Program-made: the position numbers and the translations under genes
The notes under the pieces: model-generated
Told to the model about the DNA's origin: nothing
Databases searched by the model: none
The model's input: the letters and a program-made list of their open reading frames with translations, nothing else
Virus record (IMG/VR): IMGVR_UViG_3300027801_002517
Location: 1-64,000 of that record
Strand: one strand, 5' to 3'
Length of the DNA: 64,000 nucleotides
From: a virus
Shown here: in pieces, positions 44,709-54,360 of the stretch
Numbering within the stretch: position 1 is the stretch's first letter
How the letters are laid out: each line of letters opens with the position of its first letter

Positions 44709-45630
44709 TCTTATTCTCCATATACCAATTAATTGTTGTTTGTAAACCTTCTTTGAGTTCTACCTGAGCTTCGAATCCCAATCGTTCTTTAGCACGAGAT
44801 GTATCTAAACATCGACGCGGTTGACCGTCTGGCTTGGATGGGTCATAAATAATATCTCCTTTATATCCCATAATATTTGTAATCTCTTTTACAAGATCCT
44901 TGATTTTAATTTCCTTGCCAGTACCAATATTAATAGGCTCTGGACTTAAGTTATCACTATTGATGGCCTTGACAATTGCTTGTCCACAATCTTCAACAAA
45001 TAAGAATTCACGAGAAGCTTCACCAGTTCCCCATAAAGTAATTGATGGATCACCATTTTCTATTGCTTGATGAACTTTCAAGATAAGTGCGGGAATTACG
45101 TGACTAGAAGTCAGATTGAAATGGTCGTGAGGTCCGTACATATTTACTGGAATTAAATTAACACCATTAAAATCGTATTGCTCATGATATGCTTCCACCA
45201 GTCTCATAAGAGTCTTTTTGGCAATACCATAAGGTGCATTAGTTTCTTCTGGATAACCATTCCATAAATCTTCTTCCTTAAAAGGTACAGGTGTGAATTT
45301 GGGATATGCACAAACTGTTCCAAGTAAAATAAACTTAGGGACTTTTGCTTTCATCGCTGAATGAATTATGTTTGTACCCATGATTAGATTGTCATACATA
45401 AACTTTCCGGGATTTTCCTGATTTGCACCAATACCTCCCACACTTCCAGCAGTATGTATAATGACATCTGGAACACTTCTACTGATAACAGTATCAGTGC
45501 ATCTACATTTACGTAAATCATAAGGCTTACTGCCTATTGACCTAACTTGGCTACTGCCAAATGTTTCTTGTAAAATTTTGGTCAGGTTTGTTCCCAAAAA
45601 TCCCGTACCACCTGTTAGTAATATTCTCAC
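44701..45630 (-). CDS. fcl: GDP-L-fucose synthase family epimerase/reductase (Fcl/WcaG; could act as ColC)
   Basis: GGTGFLG, VGGIGAN, GTVCAYPK, YGIAK, PVNMYGP, SHVIPALI, WGTGEASREFL, KPDGQPRR; GTG start. Confidence 0.92.
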   Translation of the reverse strand: MRILLTGGTGFLGTNLTKILQETFGSSQVRSIGSKPYDLRKCRCTDTVISRSVPDVIIHTAGSVGGIGANQENPGKFMYDNLIMGTNIIHSAMKAKVPKFILLGTVCAYPKFTPVPFKEEDLWNGYPEETNAPYGIAKKTLMRLVEAYHEQYDFNGVNLIPVNMYGPHDHFNLTSSHVIPALILKVHQAIENGDPSITLWGTGEASREFLFVEDCGQAIVKAINSDNLSPEPINIGTGKEIKIKDLVKEITNIMGYKGDIIYDPSKPDGQPRRCLDTSRAKERLGFEAQVELKEGLQTTINWYMENKNA

Positions 45631-45653
45631 TAGTAATAATCTCCTCTAAAATA

Positions 45654-46358
45654 TTATAATCCCTTTGCTAACCAACCACCATCAACGTATATATCTTGTC
45701 CTGTTATATAGGAAGATGCGTCGGATGCAAGAAAAACAAAAGTACCAACCAGATCCTTGGGTGTTCCCCATCTATTTAGCATTGTTTTTTGAGATCTCTG
45801 CTTGTATGTTTTTTCGTCTTGCCAACTATTCTTTGTCATCTCTGTAATAAAGTATCCAGGTCCAACATTATTAACTCGAATACCATATTTACCTAAATCT
45901 AGTGCGGCTGATTTCGTTAGCTGCTTTAAAGCACCTTTAAATGCAACATAAGCAGGATTGTTTGGAAAGGCCAGTTCTGCATTTAGACTAGTGACATTAA
46001 TAATTGATCCTCCACCAGCACTTTGCATTTTAGGAGTAATGTATTGTATTAATTTATATGGAGCTTTTAAATTTACTTCATATGTTTGATTCCAAAATTT
46101 ATCAGGATAGTCCACGAAATCTGAAACATGTGTGACTCCTGCATTGTTAACTAAAATATCAATTGTATCAAATTTATCAAGATGTGTTTTCACTTGATCG
46201 TGATTTGTTATATCACACAGAATTGTATCATCACTTTCAATGATATCCAACCCGATAACATTAGCACCAAATTCTCTTAATCCATCTGCAATAGCTTTGC
46301 CGTTTCCTCTAGCGGCACCAGTGACAATAGCCACTTTATGTTCCAATGAAAATATCAT
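45654..46358 (-). CDS. Short-chain dehydrogenase/reductase
   Basis: TGAARGNG, NNAG, YVAFK, VNNVGPG, ITGQDIYVDGG. Confidence 0.93.
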   Translation of the reverse strand: MIFSLEHKVAIVTGAARGNGKAIADGLREFGANVIGLDIIESDDTILCDITNHDQVKTHLDKFDTIDILVNNAGVTHVSDFVDYPDKFWNQTYEVNLKAPYKLIQYITPKMQSAGGGSIINVTSLNAELAFPNNPAYVAFKGALKQLTKSAALDLGKYGIRVNNVGPGYFITEMTKNSWQDEKTYKQRSQKTMLNRWGTPKDLVGTFVFLASDASSYITGQDIYVDGGWLAKGL

Positions 46359-46786
46359 AGTTCTTCTACCAATTCGATTAGAGTTCCATCTGGGTCTTTA
46401 CAAAATGTAAGCATAACAGGAAAATCTGGAGATTTTTGTGGTTCGCATATAACAGTTACGTCATTTTCTAATAGCTTGTCATATAATTCCGAAAGGTTTT
46501 CTACAGTAACTGCGAAATGAGAACAACCAATATAGGTTATATCCTTATTTAATGTAATGACACCCTCGTGAGATTTATAATGTAATAACTCTACAAGCCC
46601 TCCATCATTATCTGTCATTTTAACAGTCCTGACATTCACTCCTTTTAGCCCAGAAAAGTTATCGATGTGCTGTCCAGACTCATCTGCTTCTACTATAATA
46701 GAGAATCCTAAAATGTTTGTATAAAAATGAATAGATTTTTCCAAATCTCCAACAGTTATTCCCACATGTCTAAATTTAACACTCAT
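46355..46786 (-). CDS. VOC/glyoxalase family protein (possible epimerase)
   Basis: HVGITVGDLEKSIHFY, VELL, HFAVTV, DPDGTLIELVE metal ligands. Confidence 0.9.
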   Translation of the reverse strand: MSVKFRHVGITVGDLEKSIHFYTNILGFSIIVEADESGQHIDNFSGLKGVNVRTVKMTDNDGGLVELLHYKSHEGVITLNKDITYIGCSHFAVTVENLSELYDKLLENDVTVICEPQKSPDFPVMLTFCKDPDGTLIELVEEL

Positions 46787-47493
46787 TTATTTTTCCTCGC
46801 AATTGAAAACAACATCGGTTCTTTTGAGAATCTAACTAATACATTAAACCAATGTGAAACTTCTAGTGGTGTGTCGTAATTTGGTTTGTATGGTATAGGC
46901 AACTTTCGGAATAATTTTATCAAAGGTTTCAGATAAGGGTATTTCCATAAAAAGGGTAACTGAAAAAAGTGTTCCACATAAATGTCTTCAAATCCTGCTA
47001 ATAACAGTGCTTCAGCAAGTGATTGTTTAGTCCAAGGTGTTACATGGGTATGATCACAATAGAATGGTCCCCAGTACGTATATTCCCATGCAGGTGTCAT
47101 CATTACAGCAGTGCCTCCTGGTTTTAAAGCCTCATAGGTCGCATTCATCAATCCCATAGGATTTTTCATATGTTCAATTACTGATTTAGTAAAAATCAAA
47201 TCATATTGCCCAGCATATTCTGGAGGTAAACTTTCAGATTCCAAATCAATTATTAAACTTTTGTGACCTTCAACCATATGAGTCATTAAATCAAATCCTG
47301 TGACATCAAATCCCATATCAGAGAAAACGTCTAAATATTCTCCTCTACCACATCCTAAGTCTAAAAACTTACCAGATGTCTTGCCTGTTCTTTTTACTAA
47401 TTCCTTTCCAAGTGCATATGGATATTGTGTTTTAGGAGTTTTTTTATCGGAATAAGTGATATCTAAATATTTTTCATTATTCATTATACTCAT
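46783..47493 (-). CDS. Class I SAM-dependent methyltransferase
   Basis: LDLGCGRG, KSVIEH, LKPGG, DHTH. Confidence 0.92.
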   Translation of the reverse strand: MSIMNNEKYLDITYSDKKTPKTQYPYALGKELVKRTGKTSGKFLDLGCGRGEYLDVFSDMGFDVTGFDLMTHMVEGHKSLIIDLESESLPPEYAGQYDLIFTKSVIEHMKNPMGLMNATYEALKPGGTAVMMTPAWEYTYWGPFYCDHTHVTPWTKQSLAEALLLAGFEDIYVEHFFQLPFLWKYPYLKPLIKLFRKLPIPYKPNYDTPLEVSHWFNVLVRFSKEPMLFSIARKNK

Positions 47494-48743
47494 TGTAGCA
47501 CTCCTTCCAAGACATCAAATGCCTCATTTATTGCTTCTACTGTTATAGTGAGAGGTGGTCCTAGCTTGATAGATTTACTCCAAGTATTGACTGGAAATAT
47601 ACCATTGTTGAAACAAAACTCAACCACTTCATCTGCTGTTTGTTTATCTTTAAAGATTATACCTGCAACCATTCCTTTAACATTTACATAAGAAATGGAA
47701 TCATATTTTTCTAATGTTCTCAGTCTGTCTTCAAATACTTCCACTCTTTTAGACAAGTCTTCTTGAAATTGTTTGCTTGTTAAGTAGTTTAAATTAGCTA
47801 ATCCTGCTGCACAACACAAAGCATTGCCTGCATGAGTACTACTCAAGTTAGTATCGACATCAATAATTTCTTTAGTAGATAGAACAGCAGACATTGGCAA
47901 TGAAGAAGTTATAGCTTTACCCAAACAAATAATATCTGGTTCATAGTCACCATATGTCATATATCCGTACAGTTTTCCCATTCTATAAAATCCAGATTGA
48001 ATTTCATCAAAGCAAACCAATGCACCATTATCTCTAGCAAATTTGTATAAATTTTGCAGGTATGATTGTGGATACATTTGTGCGGTTGGTCCTTGATATG
48101 TTTCAATAAAGAATGCGGCAATTTGTTCTGGTGGTGGTAATAAACTTGCATCGAATGCCTCGTCTTTATCGTATGGAAAATCAATAAATATAATATCGTC
48201 ATCAACAAGATTGGACCACTTAGTGCTATCCTTGTTGCCACAGATTAGATCAGAGCCAACAGTCCTACCATGATAACTACCATTGAAACTGACAATATAT
48301 TTTTTGTCATTCTTTTTAGCCCATATCTTTATTAACCTATAGGCAGCATCAGTGGCTTCACTACCTGAATTTAATAGAACAACTTTTTCAAAATGGTCAG
48401 GCGAACAATCTAAAAGTTTTTCTGCAAATTGTTTTCTAATATGCGTATAGTACTGATATGAGTATACTAAATCATCATCCAATTGTTTCTTAATTGCATT
48501 ATTTATTTCAGAATTAGAGTGTCCTGCATTAGATACAAAAATACCCGAAGAAAAATCTATCCATTTGTTTCCATCTTCGTCAAAAATAGAAAAGTCTTTT
48601 GCTCTATTCCACCAGATAGGAGATTGAGGATTTATAGAAGTAGATTCATAGTTATACCTTATACTATCTCGTTCCTCATTATAAAGTTTAAAGTCATTTC
48701 TAATAATTCGATGTTTAGTTTCTATCAGATTTACACTCGGCAT
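47490..48743 (-). CDS. Class III PLP-dependent aminotransferase
   Basis: DFSSG...NAGH, SGSEA, SYHGRT, FDEIQSGFYRMG, DIICLGKAI. Confidence 0.92.
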   Translation of the reverse strand: MPSVNLIETKHRIIRNDFKLYNEERDSIRYNYESTSINPQSPIWWNRAKDFSIFDEDGNKWIDFSSGIFVSNAGHSNSEINNAIKKQLDDDLVYSYQYYTHIRKQFAEKLLDCSPDHFEKVVLLNSGSEATDAAYRLIKIWAKKNDKKYIVSFNGSYHGRTVGSDLICGNKDSTKWSNLVDDDIIFIDFPYDKDEAFDASLLPPPEQIAAFFIETYQGPTAQMYPQSYLQNLYKFARDNGALVCFDEIQSGFYRMGKLYGYMTYGDYEPDIICLGKAITSSLPMSAVLSTKEIIDVDTNLSSTHAGNALCCAAGLANLNYLTSKQFQEDLSKRVEVFEDRLRTLEKYDSISYVNVKGMVAGIIFKDKQTADEVVEFCFNNGIFPVNTWSKSIKLGPPLTITVEAINEAFDVLEGVLQ

Positions 48744-49459
48744 TTATTTAAGCTTTCTAGCAAAACATTTTCTTGGATTTCCAACTGATGAGTTAATAAA
48801 TCAAATTCATACTGGGCATCGACTTCAGTAATAAATTCTGATTCATATGGAAGGATTTTGGTTGAAAAGGCAGAATTGCCAGACTCTATAGTTTCCCTTT
48901 TAGTAATATCTAAATAACCATTAGGTTGATATGCTTTAGGAAATTTTTGTCTTGGTAAATTTGTATAATCTTTTATACCATCAAAATCCTCAAAGAATCC
49001 TTCGCAATATCCTTCTTCACCTAATTTAAAAACCTTATAGGGAGATTCTGGTAATTCATGCATTGACCTCAATGCACTCATTCGGTGCCTGTTATCAAAA
49101 TAAAACTCTATACAATTGTCTATGTTCTCTGGATTCCGCAAAGGCGTTGTTGGTCTGACATATGCAACATCATTAACATCGTATAACTGAAAAAAGTGAT
49201 TAATAACTTGCCAATCTGATGAGTTATCCTGAGCATATTCTTCTGGTCTCTTTAAAATCTCTGCCCCATAAGATTTGGCAACCTCTGCAATTTCATCGTC
49301 TTCTGTTGAGACAACAATTTTATCAATTAAAGAACTCATCTTACATGCTGTAATACTATAAGATATGAGAGGATGTCCTTGTAATAGTTTAATGTTTTTT
49401 CTTGGAACACCTTTACTACCACCTCTAGCGGGAATCAATGCAATCAATTTTTTAGACAT
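48731..49459 (-). CDS. neuA: CMP-nonulosonate synthetase (acylneuraminate cytidylyltransferase)
   Basis: IPARGGSKGVPRKNI, STED, RPTTPLR, PRQ, NGYL. Confidence 0.92.
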   Translation of the reverse strand: MSKKLIALIPARGGSKGVPRKNIKLLQGHPLISYSITACKMSSLIDKIVVSTEDDEIAEVAKSYGAEILKRPEEYAQDNSSDWQVINHFFQLYDVNDVAYVRPTTPLRNPENIDNCIEFYFDNRHRMSALRSMHELPESPYKVFKLGEEGYCEGFFEDFDGIKDYTNLPRQKFPKAYQPNGYLDITKRETIESGNSAFSTKILPYESEFITEVDAQYEFDLLTHQLEIQENVLLESLNKCRV

Positions 49460-50273
49460 TTACTGTTTTCCTTAATTTCTTTGCGATTGGGATCTCTGAA
49501 TCATACACTACCTTCTTACCATCACCCAACATCAATTCAATTTTACGAATTGCCTTACATAGTGCGTCAGCATTCTCGATAGAAGCAGCTTGATCGGAAC
49601 CATAGTCTGCTCTATCGTGTGTAATATGGAACTCTATACATTCTGCACCTATTGCAGTTGCGGCAACACATGCGTCGTGACCATTATAGTGGTTGGAAAA
49701 TCCAACCTTACATGACGGATGTTGTTGCTTTAGAGTTTTAATGTGAAGAAGATTTAATTCTTCTGCTTTGGTAGGGTAGGTACTAGTACAAGCAAGAATA
49801 AATTCTATGTTATCTAAAATAGACATAGCAATATTTATTTCTTCCTCTGTACACATCCCAACCGATAAAATAATAGGCTTTCCTGTTTCGTTTAGCTTGT
49901 TCAAAAAATTAGTGTTTGTTACAAGTGCAGATGCCACTTTGTGATATTTCACATCAAGGCATTGTACATCATCTATACTTTTCACATCCCAACAGGAAAC
50001 AATAAAATCTAATCCCATATCTTCAGAATACTGTTTAAGACCTTTATATTGTTCAATAGAAAATTCTAATCCTTCTTTTTGATCTCTATTAGTATCTCCC
50101 CAAGGTGACTCTCTTGGTGTATCTAATTCTTCTTTAGTATAAACACTTTCAATATCTCTCTTTTGAAATTTTACAGCATCCGCCCCTGCTTGATATGCTT
50201 GTTTAATTAATCGTTTGGCCAGTTTAATACTTCCATTATGATTAATTCCAATTTCCGCAATGATATAAGTCAT
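49452..50273 (-). CDS. neuB: Nonulosonate synthase (NeuB family), lacking C-terminal SAF domain
   Basis: IIAEIGINHNG, ADAVKFQKR, KVAS, CTSTYP, GFSNH, IEFHIT, GSDQ. Start moved to 50273 (AGGA SD). Confidence 0.92.
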   Translation of the reverse strand: MTYIIAEIGINHNGSIKLAKRLIKQAYQAGADAVKFQKRDIESVYTKEELDTPRESPWGDTNRDQKEGLEFSIEQYKGLKQYSEDMGLDFIVSCWDVKSIDDVQCLDVKYHKVASALVTNTNFLNKLNETGKPIILSVGMCTEEEINIAMSILDNIEFILACTSTYPTKAEELNLLHIKTLKQQHPSCKVGFSNHYNGHDACVAATAIGAECIEFHITHDRADYGSDQAASIENADALCKAIRKIELMLGDGKKVVYDSEIPIAKKLRKTVNV

Positions 50274-50295
50274 AACATTTCCTATTGTTTTTGGT

Positions 50296-50943
50296 TTATA
50301 AGACATAATTTGATTTTCCGCCATCGAAATTAATGGTTACACCCGTGAGATATTTAATGTCTTTATCTACAATAGAAGATATAAAATCACCTATTTCTTT
50401 TGTTGTACCAACTCGTTTAACTGGTATTCTATCCTCAAGTTTAGGAATATCCTTACACAAAGTTTTCAATCTATCTGTGTATATTGGACCCGGTGCAATG
50501 TTGATACAAGTAATTCCTCTATCACCTAAAATTTTGCTCAAGCATTTAAAAACACTAACAAATGCAATTCGGTACGCATTTGACAACATAAGTTTAGTAT
50601 CTGGCTCTTTAATGTTGTATGATGTTATCAGAAAAATATATCCGTTATCGTTTATTTGTGCCTCTTGGATAATTTTCAAAAACCCATAGAACAGTTGATT
50701 ATGGTATAAATCACAATCTTCTTTAGTAATTTCATGAAATGGTTTGGAGGGTGGACCACCAGTATTTAATACTAAAATGTCTATAGGATCTTGATCATTT
50801 AGAAAAGATTCTATTTGTTCTATATTAGATGTATTCAATTCTTTAGAAGAAGTTGCTTTAACATCACAACCTATAGATACTAAAGAATCTGTAATTCCTT
50901 TTCCTATGCCTCTACTACCAGCAGTAACTAATGCTTTTTTCAT
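50296..50943 (-). CDS. Short-chain dehydrogenase/reductase (atypical; canonical YxxxK not evident)
   Basis: TAGSRGIG, LNTGGP, NIAPGPIYT, TGVTINFDGG. Confidence 0.85.
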   Translation of the reverse strand: MKKALVTAGSRGIGKGITDSLVSIGCDVKATSSKELNTSNIEQIESFLNDQDPIDILVLNTGGPPSKPFHEITKEDCDLYHNQLFYGFLKIIQEAQINDNGYIFLITSYNIKEPDTKLMLSNAYRIAFVSVFKCLSKILGDRGITCINIAPGPIYTDRLKTLCKDIPKLEDRIPVKRVGTTKEIGDFISSIVDKDIKYLTGVTINFDGGKSNYVL

Positions 50944-51656
50944 TTTAAAACTCCATTGCCACAGGCACTCTTACATATGTTTATATTTTCAATTAGTTCC
51001 TCGACAGTATCTATACCTACTGCCCAAATATTATCTGGAAACTCTACATCTGAATTATCATCTTTAACATAAAAAAGCATATCGGTTGGATCGTAACAAG
51101 ACGCTAAAAGTAAATTGATTGGATTGTCACAATGACTGCCATATCCTACATGGTCCCAGTAATTTCTAAGAGTTTTTATAATAGATAAATTTGTTTCTTC
51201 TAATTCTACAGAATCTCGATTTGTATATATTAGCCTAATATCACCCTCAATATCAGATAACAACTCAGATAATTCTAATATATCTTTTTCAGAACACAAA
51301 CCCACGGAAACCAGAATGGGTTTTTTAGTTTTTGCTAATGTAGTAATGAGATTCTTATTAAAGACTCCATCTCGTATTACTTTATAAAAGTCTACCTGAA
51401 GTTCTTCAAAAAAATCAATTAGCTCTTCGTTTGTGATAGCAACACCAAAAAGTTTCCCTTCACTCTTAGTCATTCCATATAAATCATCATAATGACTCCA
51501 ATCAAAATATAGATGTGATTTTCGTTGTCTATGATCTTCTTCTCTGATTTGAAATGTCAATCCATCCAGCCCTTCAACAGAACATAAATTCCTGACATAC
51601 TTTTTTGCCAATTCATAGTCACCTAAATGATTTTGTCCAATCTCTGCAATTATCAT
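50940..51656 (-). CDS. Second, divergent NeuB-like protein
   Basis: MIIAEIGQNHLG, LTFQ (for VKFQ), KPILVSVG, GYGSH; EKH motif absent. Confidence 0.8.
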   Translation of the reverse strand: MIIAEIGQNHLGDYELAKKYVRNLCSVEGLDGLTFQIREEDHRQRKSHLYFDWSHYDDLYGMTKSEGKLFGVAITNEELIDFFEELQVDFYKVIRDGVFNKNLITTLAKTKKPILVSVGLCSEKDILELSELLSDIEGDIRLIYTNRDSVELEETNLSIIKTLRNYWDHVGYGSHCDNPINLLLASCYDPTDMLFYVKDDNSDVEFPDNIWAVGIDTVEELIENINICKSACGNGVLK

Positions 51657-51670
51657 AATACATTTCCTTA

Positions 51671-52375
51671 TTAATTATTAAGTATTAATTCTTTTAATCG
51701 CTCATCAACTGTTAGTATGTCGTCTCTTTCCAAAAGATTTTTAAAAGCAAAAATTTGTTTTTTAATTGCCATATCACCATGTGTTCCTCCAGTTGGTGGA
51801 GGAGGTCCATCTAAAGGATTGTAAAAACCATCGGCATATGCTTTATCTGTTTGGTAAAAGTCAAATCCAGTGACGTATAGCTCTGCAACTGGACACTCTA
51901 TCAACATAAGAACACTCAAAGTGCCAGTATATGGCTGACAACCTATCATATTATATATCTCTTGATATTTTTTTACACCTATCCACTCAAAGGGAATATC
52001 GTTTGTATTAATGGATTCTGCATTATGAACAACATCACCAATATGATCTTCAGCCCAAGACATATAATTATCTTCTTTGATTCTCGTACCATATATCAAA
52101 GGACATACTAACATTTTAAGAGCATCAAAATCTTCTTTATAATTTTCAATGTTATCCTTCAGTCCGGGAATCCAATCAGTTCCAAAGTTATGAAACAATA
52201 TATCAGTTCTTGACCCATAATCATTGTTCAGTTCATCATTTGTCCAAAAGTGATTTGGTCTACATACTACATCAAATGAATCAATAAGCTCCCCATCATT
52301 ACTACCTTTAAGACCAGTCGATGGACCTACAATTACTACTCTTTTATCGCCTACAAAATTACATAACACAGACAT
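51671..52375 (-). CDS. GT29 (eukaryote-type) sialyltransferase-like protein
   Basis: L-motif-like VVIVGPS...GELIDSFDVVCRPN...DYGSRTD; S-motif-like PYTG...ELYVTGF; VS-like His (THG). Confidence 0.8.
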   Translation of the reverse strand: MSVLCNFVGDKRVVIVGPSTGLKGSNDGELIDSFDVVCRPNHFWTNDELNNDYGSRTDILFHNFGTDWIPGLKDNIENYKEDFDALKMLVCPLIYGTRIKEDNYMSWAEDHIGDVVHNAESINTNDIPFEWIGVKKYQEIYNMIGCQPYTGTLSVLMLIECPVAELYVTGFDFYQTDKAYADGFYNPLDGPPPPTGGTHGDMAIKKQIFAFKNLLERDDILTVDERLKELILNN

Positions 52376-52378
52376 GTT

Positions 52379-53116
52379 TTAGTTTCCTTGGTAGATGGGA
52401 ATTGGAATCATCTTGTGTTTGTTTTGATTGTGTAGTCTGTTGTAGATTTCTGTAACTTCCTTCTGTCTATCTGTCAATTCAGACACACCATCATATTCCA
52501 TAACCCATTCCAGTTCCTCATAGGTGGCACCAATTTGATCTTCATCTGTCCTACCATCATCCCACAAACCATCAGTCGGAGAAGCAACCAGAATCTCTTC
52601 ACATACACCAAGTTGTTTTGCCATTTCACGAACATCTGTCTTAGTAAGATTAGCAATCGGTGAAATGTCAACTCCTCCATCGCCATACTTTGTGAAGAAT
52701 CCAACGCCAAAGTCTTCTACTTTATTTCCTGTCCCGACTACAATACCATTATGTACTTGTGCAATTTGATACAACGTAGTCATACGAAGTCTTGCCCTAC
52801 TATTTGCTAATGCAAGGTCGTCACATTCAATCGCATCTAAACCAGAGATGAAAACATCATACATAGCAGAAAGATTGATATCTCTATGAGACACATTCGG
52901 ATGGCTATCTTTTAACCATTCAATATGGTTCAACCCACGAAGATGCTGATCAGGTGCTTGATGAATAGGCATAGTGAGTAGAATTGTGTCGATATCGGTT
53001 AAAGCACAAATCTTTGAAGTAAGAGCGGAGTCAATTCCTCCTGATACTCCAACAACTAAACTCTTGATGCCATACTGATCACAATATTGCTTAATCCATT
53101 CAGAAATCTTATTCAT
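52379..53116 (-). CDS. nadE: NH3-dependent NAD+ synthetase
   Basis: GVSGGIDS, NSRARLRM, GTGNKVE, GFFTKYGDGG, PTDGLW, TDEDQIG. Confidence 0.93.
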   Translation of the reverse strand: MNKISEWIKQYCDQYGIKSLVVGVSGGIDSALTSKICALTDIDTILLTMPIHQAPDQHLRGLNHIEWLKDSHPNVSHRDINLSAMYDVFISGLDAIECDDLALANSRARLRMTTLYQIAQVHNGIVVGTGNKVEDFGVGFFTKYGDGGVDISPIANLTKTDVREMAKQLGVCEEILVASPTDGLWDDGRTDEDQIGATYEELEWVMEYDGVSELTDRQKEVTEIYNRLHNQNKHKMIPIPIYQGN

Positions 53117-54360
53117 CTTGCAGTGTCTCCAACAGAAATTAGTTCAACACCATCTTGTTCTGACATCATTCTCCACGGATCAATTACAACTGATCCTTCA
53201 GGAAACTTATAATCAAGGAACTTGTCATGATTTGTTCCAATAAAGAATACGGCTTTCTCATTGAGTGGTGGTTTACCAGCATCAACCCACGGATCATACA
53301 TCTCAGCATCAACATCATGTTCCTTCATCATATTCTTCATTAGAACTGATGGACTTCCTACAGTTAGATTTGTTTCTTTTTTGAAACACTTACCAAGAAT
53401 AATAGGCTTCAGTCCAGTTTCCTTCGACTTAGCAATTAGCATATTTCCCAACCATTCGGTTTGTTTTTCTCGACAAACCATCATACTATCATACCAGTCA
53501 TAACTGAGATCAAGTTCTTGAGCCATCCACGACAGTGCGATATTGTCTCTTGGATGACAACCGCCACCGTCTCCCATCCCACCTAAAAGATACTTAGTGC
53601 TAATAAGTCTATCACTAGCAAGGAACATACCTCTCATAACATTGTCGCAGTTAACATTATCGAGTTTATGTGCTGCTTCCATGATAACATTAGCAAGATT
53701 AATCTTCATAGTAATGTAAGTATTATAAGAGACCTTGATCATTTCCGCTTCTTCAATGGAGCACTCATACACTGGTCTGTCGTGTATGGTTGCATAGAAA
53801 CTTTTAACTGTTTCTACGGCTTCTTTATCGTCAACACCCAAAAGAACAAACTCTGGCTCAGTAAAGTCCTTAATCGTAGTTCCCATTGCAATAAAGAATG
53901 GATTATAACACAGCTTAATATGCTCACTTAATAGAGGCTTAATTTCCTTTCGGACTGTGCCAGGCAGAACCGTTGAGATGATAACGACAATTTTGTCCTC
54001 ACCGTTTCTATCGATTGCCTCTGACAAAGTTTTTAATCCTGACTTCAACCATGCATAGTTAAAGTTTACTCTTTCTTCGGGAAGTCGAGTTGTTCCTTCG
54101 TAACGAGGTTCGTGAGGAGTCTGAATAGGAACAAAGATAATATCACTTTTTTCAACAACGTCATCTACATTAGTGAAGTTAATATTATGATTTTGTAAGC
54201 GTTCCGGAGCACCCTCTTCTCGATATGGCAGTTGCTTTGTATCGAGAATAGTTTTAACACCATCATTAACGTCATAACCATATACAGTATGTCCTTGCTC
54301 GTCAATAGCTAAAGCACAAGGTAGTCCTAATTTTCCCAGTCCAATAAAACCTATGTTCAT
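53113..54360 (-). CDS. ugd: UDP-glucose/GDP-mannose 6-dehydrogenase family
   Basis: GLGKLG, QTP, ISTVLPGT, NPFF, EMIK, GGGCHPRD (catalytic Cys), FK. Substrate not determinable. Confidence 0.88.
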   Translation of the reverse strand: MNIGFIGLGKLGLPCALAIDEQGHTVYGYDVNDGVKTILDTKQLPYREEGAPERLQNHNINFTNVDDVVEKSDIIFVPIQTPHEPRYEGTTRLPEERVNFNYAWLKSGLKTLSEAIDRNGEDKIVVIISTVLPGTVRKEIKPLLSEHIKLCYNPFFIAMGTTIKDFTEPEFVLLGVDDKEAVETVKSFYATIHDRPVYECSIEEAEMIKVSYNTYITMKINLANVIMEAAHKLDNVNCDNVMRGMFLASDRLISTKYLLGGMGDGGGCHPRDNIALSWMAQELDLSYDWYDSMMVCREKQTEWLGNMLIAKSKETGLKPIILGKCFKKETNLTVGSPSVLMKNMMKEHDVDAEMYDPWVDAGKPPLNEKAVFFIGTNHDKFLDYKFPEGSVVIDPWRMMSEQDGVELISVGDTAR

